A stretch of DNA of 47,665 bases from Bacteroidales bacterium (GCA_030618905.1 JAUXCL010000002.1:1-47665), one strand, 5' to 3'; shown: positions 9,471 to 20,212, numbered from the stretch's first letter. Notes: generated by a model not told the origin, from the letters alone. Program-made: numbers and translations.

Positions 9471-10826
9471 ATGAGCAATCTACAAATTAACATCCGGCAG
9501 ATACTTGATTTTATTAGCCCCGAAGAAATCCATTCACAGCAGGACAGGATCACAGAAATCTATCATTCATTGTTTAACAAGACAGGAAAAGGGAATGATT
9601 TCCTGGGATGGATCGATTTGCCATTCGGCCTGTCAGGCCATGTCATTGAAGACATCGAAAAAGCTGCTGAACAGATAAGAGGCAAGGCAGAATTATTTGT
9701 CGTGATTGGTATTGGAGGCTCATACCTGGGTGCCAGGGCCGTAAACGATGCCTTAAGTCATCATTTCGCTCAGCTTTTAAGACCGGATAAGGCCCCGCAT
9801 ATTGTATATGCCGGTCATAATATCAGCGAAGATTACCTTGCTGATTTGCTTGATCTGCTCGACCGTAAAGACTATGCTATTGCAGTCATTTCCAAATCCG
9901 GGACCACAACCGAGCCGGCAATTGCATTCAGGATCATCAGGGAACACCTGGAAGGTAAATATGGAAAACAGGAGGCCCGGCAAAGGATCATCGCCATCAC
10001 AGATAAAGAAAAAGGAGCATTGAAACAGCTGGCAATGGATGAGAACTATACATCATTCATTGTTCCGGATGATGTGGGAGGGCGCTATTCTGTGCTGACA
10101 CCAGTTGGTTTATTGCCTGTTGCGGTGGCAGGTTATGATATTAATGCATTATTACAAGGTGCTCAACAGATGCAAAAAATTATCCGTGATAACATCCGGA
10201 ACATGCATGACAACCCTGTATCACTATATGCAGCGGCACGCAACAGTCTTTACAAAAAGAAACGGCTCATCGAAATCATGGTAAATTATGAACCCGGCTT
10301 GTTTTATTTCACAGAATGGTGGAAGCAACTTTATGGTGAGAGTGAAGGCAAAGAACAAAAAGGTATATTTCCAGCCGGGGTGAGTTTTACCACCGATCTT
10401 CATTCCATGGGCCAGTACATCCAGGATGGCGAACGACATCTGTTTGAAACCGTCATTTCCGTGAACAATCCAAAAAGAAAATTAAGCATTCCTTTCGACG
10501 AACAAAACCTTGATAAACTGAATTACATATCCGGCAAAAGGATCATTGAAGTTAATCATATGGCCGAACTGGGTACAAGACTGGCACATATCGAAGGGAA
10601 TGTGCCAAATATCAGGATCAGTATTCCGGAAATCAATGAAAATTCATTAGGACAAATGATTTACTTCTTTGAGATGGCCTGTGCAGTAAGCGGATACATC
10701 CTTGATGTTAATCCATTCGATCAACCTGGTGTGGAAGCATACAAAAACAATATGTTTGCGCTTCTCGGCAAACCCGGGTTTGAAGGTGCCACCAAAGCCA
10801 TCAACAAAAAAATCAAAGAAAACTAA
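9471..10826 (+). CDS. pgi: Glucose-6-phosphate isomerase (short, ~450-aa type)
   Basis: 451 aa with the SIS-domain motifs GIGGSYLGARA and SKSGTTTEP, and the conserved GGRYSVLT and ESEGK segments. Confidence 0.93.
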   Translation: MSNLQINIRQILDFISPEEIHSQQDRITEIYHSLFNKTGKGNDFLGWIDLPFGLSGHVIEDIEKAAEQIRGKAELFVVIGIGGSYLGARAVNDALSHHFAQLLRPDKAPHIVYAGHNISEDYLADLLDLLDRKDYAIAVISKSGTTTEPAIAFRIIREHLEGKYGKQEARQRIIAITDKEKGALKQLAMDENYTSFIVPDDVGGRYSVLTPVGLLPVAVAGYDINALLQGAQQMQKIIRDNIRNMHDNPVSLYAAARNSLYKKKRLIEIMVNYEPGLFYFTEWWKQLYGESEGKEQKGIFPAGVSFTTDLHSMGQYIQDGERHLFETVISVNNPKRKLSIPFDEQNLDKLNYISGKRIIEVNHMAELGTRLAHIEGNVPNIRISIPEINENSLGQMIYFFEMACAVSGYILDVNPFDQPGVEAYKNNMFALLGKPGFEGATKAINKKIKEN

Positions 10827-10829
10827 ATA

Positions 10830-11375
10830 ATGAAACTCCTGGAACTGATCAATCAACGACAGAGTGTACGGCGCTATTCATCACAGGCTGTAGAAAAAGA
10901 AAAAATTGAGCAATGCCTGGAAGCTGCTTATCTTTCTCCCAGCGCATGCAATGCCCAGCCCTGGAAATTTATTGTAATTGATGATCCGGAGCTGAAAAAC
11001 AAAATTGCCAGGCAAACATACGACCCCATCATATCTTTCAACAGGTTTGTCCCACAAGCACCGGTGATCATTGCCATTGTAGTGGAGAAATCTCCAATCG
11101 TTCCCAGGGTGGGTGGCAGGATAAAGGACAAACCTTATTACCTGATCGATATCGGTATTGCAGCGGAGCATCTTTGTTTACAGGCCACAGAATTGGGTTT
11201 AGGCACCTGCATGCTGGGCTGGTTTAATGAAAAAGCGGTCAAAAAATTATTGAATGTTCCAAAAGAAAGAAGCATGCCCCTGCTGATTTCCTTAGGCTAT
11301 CCAATTGACGATTATCCACTCCGGAAAAAGATCAGAAAAGCATACGAATCAATCAGAAAATACAATAGCTATTAA
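10830..11375 (+). CDS. Nitroreductase-family protein
   Basis: 181 aa. It has the N-terminal RQSVRRY motif, SACNAQPWKF, and the C-terminal GTCMLGWF region typical of the FMN-dependent nitroreductase fold. Confidence 0.8.
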   Translation: MKLLELINQRQSVRRYSSQAVEKEKIEQCLEAAYLSPSACNAQPWKFIVIDDPELKNKIARQTYDPIISFNRFVPQAPVIIAIVVEKSPIVPRVGGRIKDKPYYLIDIGIAAEHLCLQATELGLGTCMLGWFNEKAVKKLLNVPKERSMPLLISLGYPIDDYPLRKKIRKAYESIRKYNSY

Positions 11376-11941
11376 AGCTTCATGACGACCTGCTCAATAA
11401 CCTCCGGATAATGCTTATATTCCAGCTGATGTACTTTGCCGGCGATGCTTTCCGGTGTATCTGACGGGTCAACAGCTACTTTACCCTGGAAAATTATCCT
11501 TCCCTCATCATACGCTTCATTTACCCAATGGATGCTAATCCCTGTTTCTTTTTCCTGGTTTTCAATCACTGCTTCATGAACCCTGTTACCATACATGCCC
11601 TTACCACCATATTTTGGCAAAAGTGCCGGATGGATGTTCACAATACGTTGATTAAAATATTGCAGTATATTTTGAGGCACCAGCCATAAAAACCCTGCCA
11701 ACACGATAAAATCAATGTTATTATTGGTAAGTTCGTCGAGTATTTTTGAGGTTTGATAAAATTCATCCCTGTTAAAGTACCGGTAAGGAATGCCAAGGTT
11801 TACAGCACGTTTTAAAACATAAGCGTCGGGTTTATTCGAAAGGATGAGAGAAACTTCAACATTAGGACTGTTTTCAAAATACTCCGCTATGCATTGGGCA
11901 TTGGATCCATTTCCGGAAGCAAAAATGGCTATCTTTTTCAT
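11372..11941 (-). CDS. purN: Phosphoribosylglycinamide formyltransferase
   Basis: 189 aa with FASGNGSNAQ, VLAGFLWL, NIHPALLPKYGGKGMYG and IHWVNEAYDEG motifs. Its stop codon overlaps the nitroreductase stop (TTAA at 11372-11375). Confidence 0.9.
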   Translation of the reverse strand: MKKIAIFASGNGSNAQCIAEYFENSPNVEVSLILSNKPDAYVLKRAVNLGIPYRYFNRDEFYQTSKILDELTNNNIDFIVLAGFLWLVPQNILQYFNQRIVNIHPALLPKYGGKGMYGNRVHEAVIENQEKETGISIHWVNEAYDEGRIIFQGKVAVDPSDTPESIAGKVHQLEYKHYPEVIEQVVMKL

Positions 11942-12071
11942 ATTGGAAATCGCATGTGTTTACTAAGTTCACTCAAAATTAGGCAATTATTCATAAACAA
12001 GGAGGGGGAATTGCCGGAAATTTCATTCTATAAAAAATCTTTTATTTATTGGATTGAATAATTAAAATTAT

Positions 12072-12079
12072 TATATTTG
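12072..12079 (+). promoter_or_regulatory. Candidate -7 box TATATTTG upstream of acpP
   Basis: A perfect TAnnTTTG match lies 62 nt upstream of the acpP ATG. No convincing -33 TTTG is found at canonical spacing. Confidence 0.3.
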
Positions 12080-12140
12080 ATTTGGTTTTTTTTATGGAAA
12101 TACCTTTCTTTGCAGACTGTTTAACCAAAAAAGAAAAGAT

Positions 12141-12377
12141 ATGTCAGATATTGCAACAAGAGTAAAAGCTATCATTGTTGACAAGCTTGGTGTAGATGAA
12201 AACGAAGTTACACCCGAAGCCAGCTTCACAAATGATCTGGGAGCTGACTCCCTTGATACCGTTGAATTGATCATGGAATTTGAGAAGGAATTCAACATTG
12301 CCATTCCTGATGACCAAGCAGAAAAAATTGGAAGTGTAGGCGATGCCATTGCTTACATTGAGAACAATACCAAATAA
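12141..12377 (+). CDS. acpP: Acyl carrier protein
   Basis: 78 aa with [16 protein letters not shown], which contains the phosphopantetheine-attachment Ser (DSL motif). Confidence 0.95.
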   Translation: MSDIATRVKAIIVDKLGVDENEVTPEASFTNDLGADSLDTVELIMEFEKEFNIAIPDDQAEKIGSVGDAIAYIENNTK

Positions 12378-12398
12378 TTAACTAACTTTCCTGAATAC

Positions 12399-13655
12399 AT
12401 GGAATTAAAACGTGTAGTTGTTACAGGATTAGGAGTACTAACTCCATTGGGTGATTCGGTCGATAAATTATGGAAAGGGTTGCTTAATGGAGTGAGTGGT
12501 GCGGACCAGATCACTCATTTTGACACCTCCAAGTTCAAAACCACTTTTGCCTGTGAAGTAAAGAACTATGATCCGAAGGAACATTTTGATCGCAAAGAAC
12601 TTCGGAAATATGATCCTTACGCACAGTTTGCAATGATTGCGGCTGATCAGGCAATTGTTGATTCCGGGATGAACCTTGAAAGCGTTGATAAAAGGCGAAT
12701 TGGGGTCATCTGGGCTGCTGGAATTGGAGGATTGGCTACTTTAGAGACAGAGGTTGTCGGTTTTGGCAGGGGTGATGGCACACCAAGGTTTAATCCATTT
12801 TTTATTCCCAAAATGATTGCCGACATTGCAGCCGGGAATATATCCATTAAATATGGATTCATGGGACCAAATTTTGCCACTGTTTCGGCTTGCGCCTCCT
12901 CAGCTAATGCACTGGTTGATTCATTCAACTACATTCGCTTAGGAAAAGCCGACATGTTTGTTTCCGGTGGTTCAGAAGCCGCAATAACGAAAGTTGGCAT
13001 TGGAGGTTTCAATGCCATGCATGCCATTTCAACCAGGAATGATGATCCTAAAACTGGTTCCCGGCCCTTTGATAAGGACAGGGATGGGTTTGTTCTGGGA
13101 GAAGGAGGTTGTGCCTTGATATTCGAGGAACTCGAACATGCATTAAACAGGGGTGCCAGGATCTATGCTGAGGTAGCAGGTTGTGGCATTACAGGTGATG
13201 CCTATCATATGACATCTCCTCATCCGGATGGATTGGGTGCTCAATTGGCTATGCAACAAGCACTGGATGATGCCGAACTGCAACCCGGGGATATCGATCA
13301 TATCAATACGCATGGAACCTCAACTCCGTTGGGTGATATTGCAGAACCAAAAGCCATTGTTACACTCTTTGGTGAACATGCCTATAAGATCAATATCAAC
13401 TCTACCAAATCCATGACCGGCCATCTTCTTGGTGCTGCTGGTGCGATAGAAGCAATTGCAGCCCTGCTTGCGGTCAAGCATGACATTGTGCCTCCTACCA
13501 TCAATCATTTTACAGATGATCCTGAAATTGACAACAATTTGAACTTCACCTATCATAAAGCCCATGAAAGGGTTATCAATGCTGCACTAACCAACACCTT
13601 CGGTTTTGGCGGGCACAATGCCTCAATTATTTTTAAGAAGTTCACAGATAAATAA
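12399..13655 (+). CDS. fabF: Beta-ketoacyl-ACP synthase II
   Basis: 418 aa with the active-site Cys in SACASSANAL and the catalytic His motifs NTHGTSTPLGD and KSMTGHLLGAAG. The C-terminus reads FGFGGHNASIIF. Confidence 0.95.
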   Translation: MELKRVVVTGLGVLTPLGDSVDKLWKGLLNGVSGADQITHFDTSKFKTTFACEVKNYDPKEHFDRKELRKYDPYAQFAMIAADQAIVDSGMNLESVDKRRIGVIWAAGIGGLATLETEVVGFGRGDGTPRFNPFFIPKMIADIAAGNISIKYGFMGPNFATVSACASSANALVDSFNYIRLGKADMFVSGGSEAAITKVGIGGFNAMHAISTRNDDPKTGSRPFDKDRDGFVLGEGGCALIFEELEHALNRGARIYAEVAGCGITGDAYHMTSPHPDGLGAQLAMQQALDDAELQPGDIDHINTHGTSTPLGDIAEPKAIVTLFGEHAYKININSTKSMTGHLLGAAGAIEAIAALLAVKHDIVPPTINHFTDDPEIDNNLNFTYHKAHERVINAALTNTFGFGGHNASIIFKKFTDK

Positions 13656-13661
13656 ACTGAT

Positions 13662-14408
13662 TTGGCCCTATTACGATCACTCGGATTTAAATCTACTTCC
13701 GACAGGCAATTCTCACAAGCCATTAAAAATATTTTCGGTTATTATCCCGCTAACATCAATTTATACAGGCTTGCTTTCAGGCATAGATCTGCTGCTGAAG
13801 GACCACAAGGGCTTAAAATTAACAATGAGCGGCTGGAATACCTGGGTGATGCAGTACTGGGCTCTATCATTGCAGATTATCTTTTCAAAAAATTTCCCAG
13901 AAAGGACGAAGGTTTTCTGACAGAAACGCGGTCTAAAATCGTATGCCGTTCAAGATTGAACAAACTGGCCACTAAACTGGGGCTGGACAAGTTGATACAA
14001 ACTAATTTTGATCCGAAAACCATCAGCCGGTCAGTAAGGGGAGACGCATTTGAAGCTTATATCGGAGCCCTTTACCTTGACAAAGGATATAATTTCGCCA
14101 GACGGGTCATTATTCAACACATCATCAATGTCCATCTGGATATTGATGAACTGGTACATGAGGAGTCTAACTATAAGAGTAAGCTGATCGAATGGACGCA
14201 GAAAGAAAAGAAATCCATCTCCTTTAATGTAATTGACGAGGTGGGTGAAGGGTTCAGAAAGCAATACATTGTTGAAGTGATCCTTGATGGCGATGCCATT
14301 GCAACAGGACGTGACTTTTCTATTAAAAATGCCGAACAAAATGCTTCAGAGAAGACCTGGGACTTGATCTTCCCTTCCGAAAATAAGGCCACCGTATATC
14401 CATCCTGA
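13662..14408 (+). CDS. rnc: Ribonuclease III (TTG start as given in the ORF track)
   Basis: 248 aa with the RNase III signature ERLEYLGDAVLG and the catalytic GDAFEAYIGALY segment. A C-terminal dsRBD-like region is present. The acpP-fabF-rnc order is a common arrangement. Confidence 0.9.
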   Translation: MALLRSLGFKSTSDRQFSQAIKNIFGYYPANINLYRLAFRHRSAAEGPQGLKINNERLEYLGDAVLGSIIADYLFKKFPRKDEGFLTETRSKIVCRSRLNKLATKLGLDKLIQTNFDPKTISRSVRGDAFEAYIGALYLDKGYNFARRVIIQHIINVHLDIDELVHEESNYKSKLIEWTQKEKKSISFNVIDEVGEGFRKQYIVEVILDGDAIATGRDFSIKNAEQNASEKTWDLIFPSENKATVYPS

Positions 14409-14418
14409 CAAAGAACCT

Positions 14419-14868
14419 ATGGCAAAAAAGTTATCCATTCCGGTCAATCCAGCAGATGAATACACTGTAATCGCCATTTCCTGTCATTTAAAAGATTATC
14501 GTATTTCTTTTTACTTGAATAATTCGCTCGGGATAAAGCTGAAAAGAGCCCGGGATCTGATCATTGAAACACAGGCCGGGGAAAATCACATGAATTATGC
14601 ATTGTACGCCTTTGATGACCAGGATTATCGAAGCAATATTTACCTTCTTGCCAATCATCACCCGGATGGAAAACTGCTGTCTTCTCAAAAACAGTCGGAT
14701 TATTTTCTCATCTTCACACCAGCTGTAATTGCAAAGGATCTCGACAATATCATTCTTAATATCAGGCAGATACAGGGTGTTTTGACAGCTTATAATATGA
14801 ACCTCAGGAAAACCATGGAGGTTGACCTGTTGTTGACAGACCTGGAAATGCACCTATTGAACGACTGA
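14419..14868 (+). CDS. Conserved Bacteroidota protein of unknown function, IPExxxVDY-family-like
   Basis: 149 aa. The N-terminus LSIPVNPADEYTVIAISCHLKDYRISFYLN fits my memory of the IPExxxVDY family pattern (IPE...DY.hhgIss....YRL.a.LN). It starts 10 nt after the rnc stop. Confidence 0.6.
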   Translation: MAKKLSIPVNPADEYTVIAISCHLKDYRISFYLNNSLGIKLKRARDLIIETQAGENHMNYALYAFDDQDYRSNIYLLANHHPDGKLLSSQKQSDYFLIFTPAVIAKDLDNIILNIRQIQGVLTAYNMNLRKTMEVDLLLTDLEMHLLND

Positions 14869-14927
14869 TACAATTGTTTTTTATAATTTTGCGTTGTATT
14901 ACATAATAACTATTTAAGAGAACAATT

Positions 14928-15671
14928 ATGAAAAAGTTTATCCTGCCTGTTATACTGATTATTCTTTTTGCATCCTGCGGGGGGAGACAAGAAGGGAAGG
15001 AACAAGAGACCCGGGAAGAACCTGCACAGCAACAAGACAATACAAATCTTGATTTTAATGTCCCGGATGATAAACTCACAGCTTCTACTGAAGCCAATGC
15101 CACTCCTGCCGGGACTATGGATGCGAAACAGTATTTTAAGCAGGGAACCAAGCATTATCAGGAAGGTAATTATCAGGAGGGGATCAACGCATTTGAAAAA
15201 GTTATCGAAGTTGATCCGGAGAATGTAAAAGCCTACTATAATCTGGGTTTGGGGAAATATAAGTTAGGCGAGTATATAGAAGCCATCAATGCCTTTACCT
15301 ATGCCATTGGGTTAAATGAAGTTGACACCCTGTCCATCCTTTACAGGGGACTGGTATACTATCATATAGAGGACTGGAGAAACGCTTTGAAGGATTACAA
15401 CAAAGCCATTGAGATCAATCCCAAATGGGCCAAAGCTTATTACAACCGGGGGACTGTCCGGGGCCGGATCAAAGACTTTGTTGGCGCCCTCAAGGATTTT
15501 GACAAAGCCATTTCCTTAAAGCCCGGTTATGGTGAAGCTTATTATAACAGGGGCCTTGCCAATTATCACCTCAAGGACAGGTACAATGCCTGCTATGACT
15601 GGCAGAAAGCCAAAGAATTTGGATACCAGGACGCGGAAAAAGCTTTAAGTCTTTATTGCCGCGACCAGTAA
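14928..15671 (+). CDS. Tetratricopeptide-repeat lipoprotein
   Basis: 247 aa with a lipoprotein signal (ILFASCGG). A low-complexity linker is followed by at least four TPR units (repeated A.YYN.G / Y..AI.DF.KAI pattern). Confidence 0.8.
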   Translation: MKKFILPVILIILFASCGGRQEGKEQETREEPAQQQDNTNLDFNVPDDKLTASTEANATPAGTMDAKQYFKQGTKHYQEGNYQEGINAFEKVIEVDPENVKAYYNLGLGKYKLGEYIEAINAFTYAIGLNEVDTLSILYRGLVYYHIEDWRNALKDYNKAIEINPKWAKAYYNRGTVRGRIKDFVGALKDFDKAISLKPGYGEAYYNRGLANYHLKDRYNACYDWQKAKEFGYQDAEKALSLYCRDQ

Positions 15672-15677
15672 TATCTC

Positions 15678-15974
15678 TTAATCCGGCAATCCGGAAACAG
15701 TGGCTATGGCATAATCGCCATCCACAGATGCCTTATTTAATAATTTGGAGCCACGATATACCTTTACGATAACTCGTGCGTCCTTAGCGTTAGCTTGGGC
15801 AGAAAGATAAAAGTATTTGTCCTGGTCGGAATCGAAACTGCGTGTCCATCCGCTTCTGACATTGGGTTGTTGCCAAGGCTGACCTTCACCGTACTTACAT
15901 GTAATGTTGAATGATCCGGGTTTACCTTTGACAATATATTTTATCTTCCCACGATTTTTTCTTGATCGTTTCAT
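15678..15974 (-). CDS. Hypothetical small protein (98 aa) with a basic N-terminus and no signal peptide
   Basis: The ORF opens with an ATG start. In-frame upstream sequence has no alternative start before a stop codon. Its beta-rich pattern (YIVKG.PGSFNITC...VIVKVYRGSKLL...GDYAIATVSG) resembles small MmpS-like beta-sandwich domains, but I have no firm family assignment. Confidence 0.5.
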   Translation of the reverse strand: MKRSRKNRGKIKYIVKGKPGSFNITCKYGEGQPWQQPNVRSGWTRSFDSDQDKYFYLSAQANAKDARVIVKVYRGSKLLNKASVDGDYAIATVSGLPD

Positions 15975-16070
15975 AATAAAAGATTTGTATATTATCTTCC
16001 GGCAAGATATTAAGTAAGAGGGGACATGTCAATAGCACCTGTATAGGTTAGGTAAAAATACCTATGGCAT

Positions 16071-16307
16071 TTATTCGGCAAGGACCAGGATATTGTTCTT
16101 CAGGACTTCAACAACACCGCCATTGATCTCGAAAAATTGTTCCTGTTTATTCACATCCATCACCTTGATTTTTCCTTTTTTTAAAACGGAGATCAGGGGG
16201 GCATGATTATTCAGCACTTCAAATGATCCATCATGGCCGGGAAATTGGACCAGGCTAACCTCTCCGGTAAAAATAGTATCATCAGGTGTGATAATTTCAA
16301 GATTCAT
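16071..16307 (-). CDS. atpC: F0F1 ATP synthase subunit epsilon (short form)
   Basis: 78 aa. MNLEIITPD..IF.G.V..V..PG..G.F.VL..HAP is typical of the epsilon N-terminal beta-sandwich. It lies directly downstream of atpD. Confidence 0.9.
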   Translation of the reverse strand: MNLEIITPDDTIFTGEVSLVQFPGHDGSFEVLNNHAPLISVLKKGKIKVMDVNKQEQFFEINGGVVEVLKNNILVLAE

Positions 16308-16318
16308 GGCATGTGTAT

Positions 16319-17893
<1,575 letters not shown>

Positions 17894-17923
17894 TTATTCA
17901 AAGGAAAGTGGTTTAGAAATGCT

Positions 17924-17951
17924 AGTTGACAGTTGACGGTTGACAGTTGAC
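17924..17951. repeat. Tandem heptamer array (A/G)GTTGAC x4
   Basis: AGTTGAC AGTTGAC GGTTGAC AGTTGAC is read directly from the sequence in the atpD/ppa divergent intergenic region. Confidence 0.9.
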
Positions 17952-17970
17952 GATGAAAAAACTGATCACT

Positions 17971-17990
17971 GTTCACCGTTCACCGTTCAC
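17971..17990. repeat. Tandem heptamer array GTTCACC x ~3
   Basis: GTTCACC GTTCACC GTTCAC lies 19 nt downstream of the GTTGAC array. It has the same 7-nt period and a related GTTsAC core. Confidence 0.9.
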
Positions 17991-18028
17991 ATAATCGCTA
18001 TCTTTACCATCAAATTAACAATCAAATC

Positions 18029-18700
18029 ATGGCTAACAAGCTAATGGATCCTATTGGCCGCTTAATGGGCCTGAGGTATAAATCGCACCCATGGCATGGG
18101 GTGGATATCGGGGATAAAGCCCCGGAATTGCTCATTGCTTTTGTGGAAATGGTCTCCACGGATACGGTTAAGTATGAGGTGGATAAGGAAACCGGTTATT
18201 TAAGGATCGACAGGCCGCAGAAATATTCCAATGTAGTTCCTGCGCTGTATGGGTTCATCCCCCAAACATTTAGCGGTGAGGAAGTAGCCAAATACTGCAT
18301 GAAACAAACTGGTCGAAAAGACATCAAAGGCGATGGTGACCCGATTGATATCTGTATCCTTACTGAAAAAGAAATCGTCCACGGGGATATTCTTGTGAGG
18401 GCAAGGCCCATTGGAGGTTTTCGGATGTTGGACGGGAATGAATCGGACGACAAAATCATTGCTGTCTTAAATAATGACGCTGTGTATGGCGGGTATAAGA
18501 ACATCTCTGATTGTCCTGAACTTGTTATCGACCGTCTTAAACATTACTTCCTGACGTATAAAGACCTTCCGGGGAAAGAAAGGGATGTTGAGATCACGCA
18601 TACATTCGGTATCCAGGAAGCACACGAGATCATCAGGCTTTCACAGATTGATTACCATCATCGTTTTGATTCACTGGAAACTGCCTTAGCTAATGTTTAA
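18029..18700 (+). CDS. ppa: Inorganic pyrophosphatase (family I, with an N-terminal extension)
   Basis: 223 aa with the signature GDGDPIDICIL (DxDPxD) and the conserved YGFIPQT and DDKIIAV segments. Confidence 0.88.
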   Translation: MANKLMDPIGRLMGLRYKSHPWHGVDIGDKAPELLIAFVEMVSTDTVKYEVDKETGYLRIDRPQKYSNVVPALYGFIPQTFSGEEVAKYCMKQTGRKDIKGDGDPIDICILTEKEIVHGDILVRARPIGGFRMLDGNESDDKIIAVLNNDAVYGGYKNISDCPELVIDRLKHYFLTYKDLPGKERDVEITHTFGIQEAHEIIRLSQIDYHHRFDSLETALANV

Positions 18701-18714
18701 GGGGGCTATCTAAA

Positions 18715-20040
18715 CTATTCCGCTTCACCGATTAAAGTAGCTGAAGTGCAATCCAGCACCTTGACATTAACATAATCTCCTGGTTTGTTATTCCCTTTAG
18801 GGAAAACTATTACTTTATTCTGGCTGTTGCGGCCCGAGAGGTGATGGATGGATTTTTTTGAAGGGCATTCCACCAGCACTTCAAATGTCTTGCCAAGGTC
18901 TCTCTGGTTACTTTCCAAAGATAAGCGCTGCTGTAATTCAATGATCTCCTGAAGACGCTGGCTCTTCGTGTTTTCCGGAACATCATCTTTATATTTCTTT
19001 TCGGCGATGGTATTGGGCCGTTCTGAATATTTAAACATAAAAGCATAATCATAAGCCACTTCTTCCATGATGGAAATGCTTTCCCGGTGATCTTCTTCTG
19101 TCTCTGTACAAAAACCTGCGATGATATCGGTGGAGATGGCACAATCTGGCATGTATTTCCTGATAGCAGCTATACGATCAAGGTACCACTCACGGGTATA
19201 GCTCCTGTTCATGCGTTCCAGTATCCTGTTACTGCCGGATTGGACAGGAAGATGAATGGCTTTACAGATATTATCATGGCCTGCCATGACCTCTAAAAGT
19301 TCATCCGACAAATCCTTGGGATGGGAAGTTGCAAACCTGACCCTTAACCGGGGATTAAGCAGTGCCACCTGTTTGAGTAAGGTTGCAAAATTGACCATGC
19401 TTCCATTGTTTTCCCAATGATAGGAATTGACGTTCTGTCCCAGTAAGGTCACCTCACGATATCCCTGTTCAAACAGCTCATGGGCTTCACTGCTGATGCT
19501 TTGTGGATCCCTGCTGCGTTCTTTTCCCCTGACAAAAGGGACTACACAATAAGCACAGAAGTTTTCACAACCCCGCATAATGGAAATGAAAGCCGTAACA
19601 CCATTACTATCGTATCTCACCGGGCTGAGTTCCGCATAGGTCTCATCTGTTGAAAGAATGACATTGATGGCTTTTTGACCATGTTCGGTATTTGATATTA
19701 ACTCAGGAAGTTTACGGTAAGCATCCGGGCCAACAATCATGTCCACTGCCTTTTCTTCCTCCAGCAATTGCTGTTTCAGCCTCTCGGCCATGCAACCCAG
19801 GACTCCTATTATTAGATCAGGGTTATGTTTTTTATGGGATTTCAGCTCTTTCAGGCGTTTCCAGACACGTTGCTCAGCCTTTTCCCGGATTGAGCAGGTA
19901 TTTACAAAAATGACATCAGCCTCAGCTGCTTTTGTGGTCACTTCATAGCCTCCATCATTCATGATAGAAACCACGATCTCACTATCAGAAAAGTTCATCT
20001 GGCAGCCGTAGGTTTCGATATATAGTTTCTTTTTTGGCAC
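18715..20040 (-). CDS. miaB: tRNA-i6A37 methylthiotransferase MiaB (GTG start at 20040 preferred)
   Basis: It has the UPF0004 N-domain (LYIETYGCQMN, VNTCSIREKAE), the radical SAM box (GCENFCAYCVVP) and a C-terminal TRAM domain (GDYVNVKVLDCTSATLIGEAE). The ORF track starts at 20181, but those extra 47 codons run through a GC-rich hairpin island. GTG-CCA-AAA-AAG (M)PKKKLYIETYGCQMN gives a canonical MiaB N-terminus. Confidence 0.88.
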   Translation of the reverse strand: MPKKKLYIETYGCQMNFSDSEIVVSIMNDGGYEVTTKAAEADVIFVNTCSIREKAEQRVWKRLKELKSHKKHNPDLIIGVLGCMAERLKQQLLEEEKAVDMIVGPDAYRKLPELISNTEHGQKAINVILSTDETYAELSPVRYDSNGVTAFISIMRGCENFCAYCVVPFVRGKERSRDPQSISSEAHELFEQGYREVTLLGQNVNSYHWENNGSMVNFATLLKQVALLNPRLRVRFATSHPKDLSDELLEVMAGHDNICKAIHLPVQSGSNRILERMNRSYTREWYLDRIAAIRKYMPDCAISTDIIAGFCTETEEDHRESISIMEEVAYDYAFMFKYSERPNTIAEKKYKDDVPENTKSQRLQEIIELQQRLSLESNQRDLGKTFEVLVECPSKKSIHHLSGRNSQNKVIVFPKGNNKPGDYVNVKVLDCTSATLIGEAE

Positions 20041-20114
20041 CTGTGAGGAAAATTTGGTTTGCAAATATAGTAAATAGACACCAGACTCAAGTGGAACGAG
20101 GTGAAGCCGAGTGA

Positions 20115-20136
20115 CATCCCGCCGAAGGCGGGGATG
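20115..20136. other. GC-rich hairpin CATCCCGCC-GAA-GGCGGGGATG
   Basis: A 9-bp stem with one bulged G and a 3-4-nt loop, read directly from the sequence. It lies in the divergent miaB/topA intergenic region, so it cannot be a terminator for either gene. Confidence 0.7.
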
Positions 20137-20188
20137 CAGGATACCCTCCCCCAGGTTTGCAAAACACGTAAGCACCCGCATGTATGCA

Positions 20189-20212
20189 CCCCCTCCCTCA
20201 TGAGGGAGGGGG
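20189..20212. repeat. Perfect 24-nt palindrome CCCCCTCCCTCA|TGAGGGAGGGGG
   Basis: Read directly from the sequence. As a hairpin it would form a 10-bp stem with a CATG loop. Confidence 0.9.

Noticed and set aside
15993-16009. A small hairpin, TATCTT-CCGGC-AAGATA, downstream of atpC.
   Set aside because: It has a 6-bp AT-rich stem with no clean T-tract on the minus strand, so it is not convincing as an intrinsic terminator.
20041-20181. The ORF-track N-terminal extension of miaB (MRVLTCFANLGEGILHPRLRRDV...).
   Set aside because: The extension is translated through the GC-rich hairpin and palindrome island and resembles no MiaB N-terminus. A GTG at 20040 gives the canonical (M)PKKKLYIETYGCQMN start.
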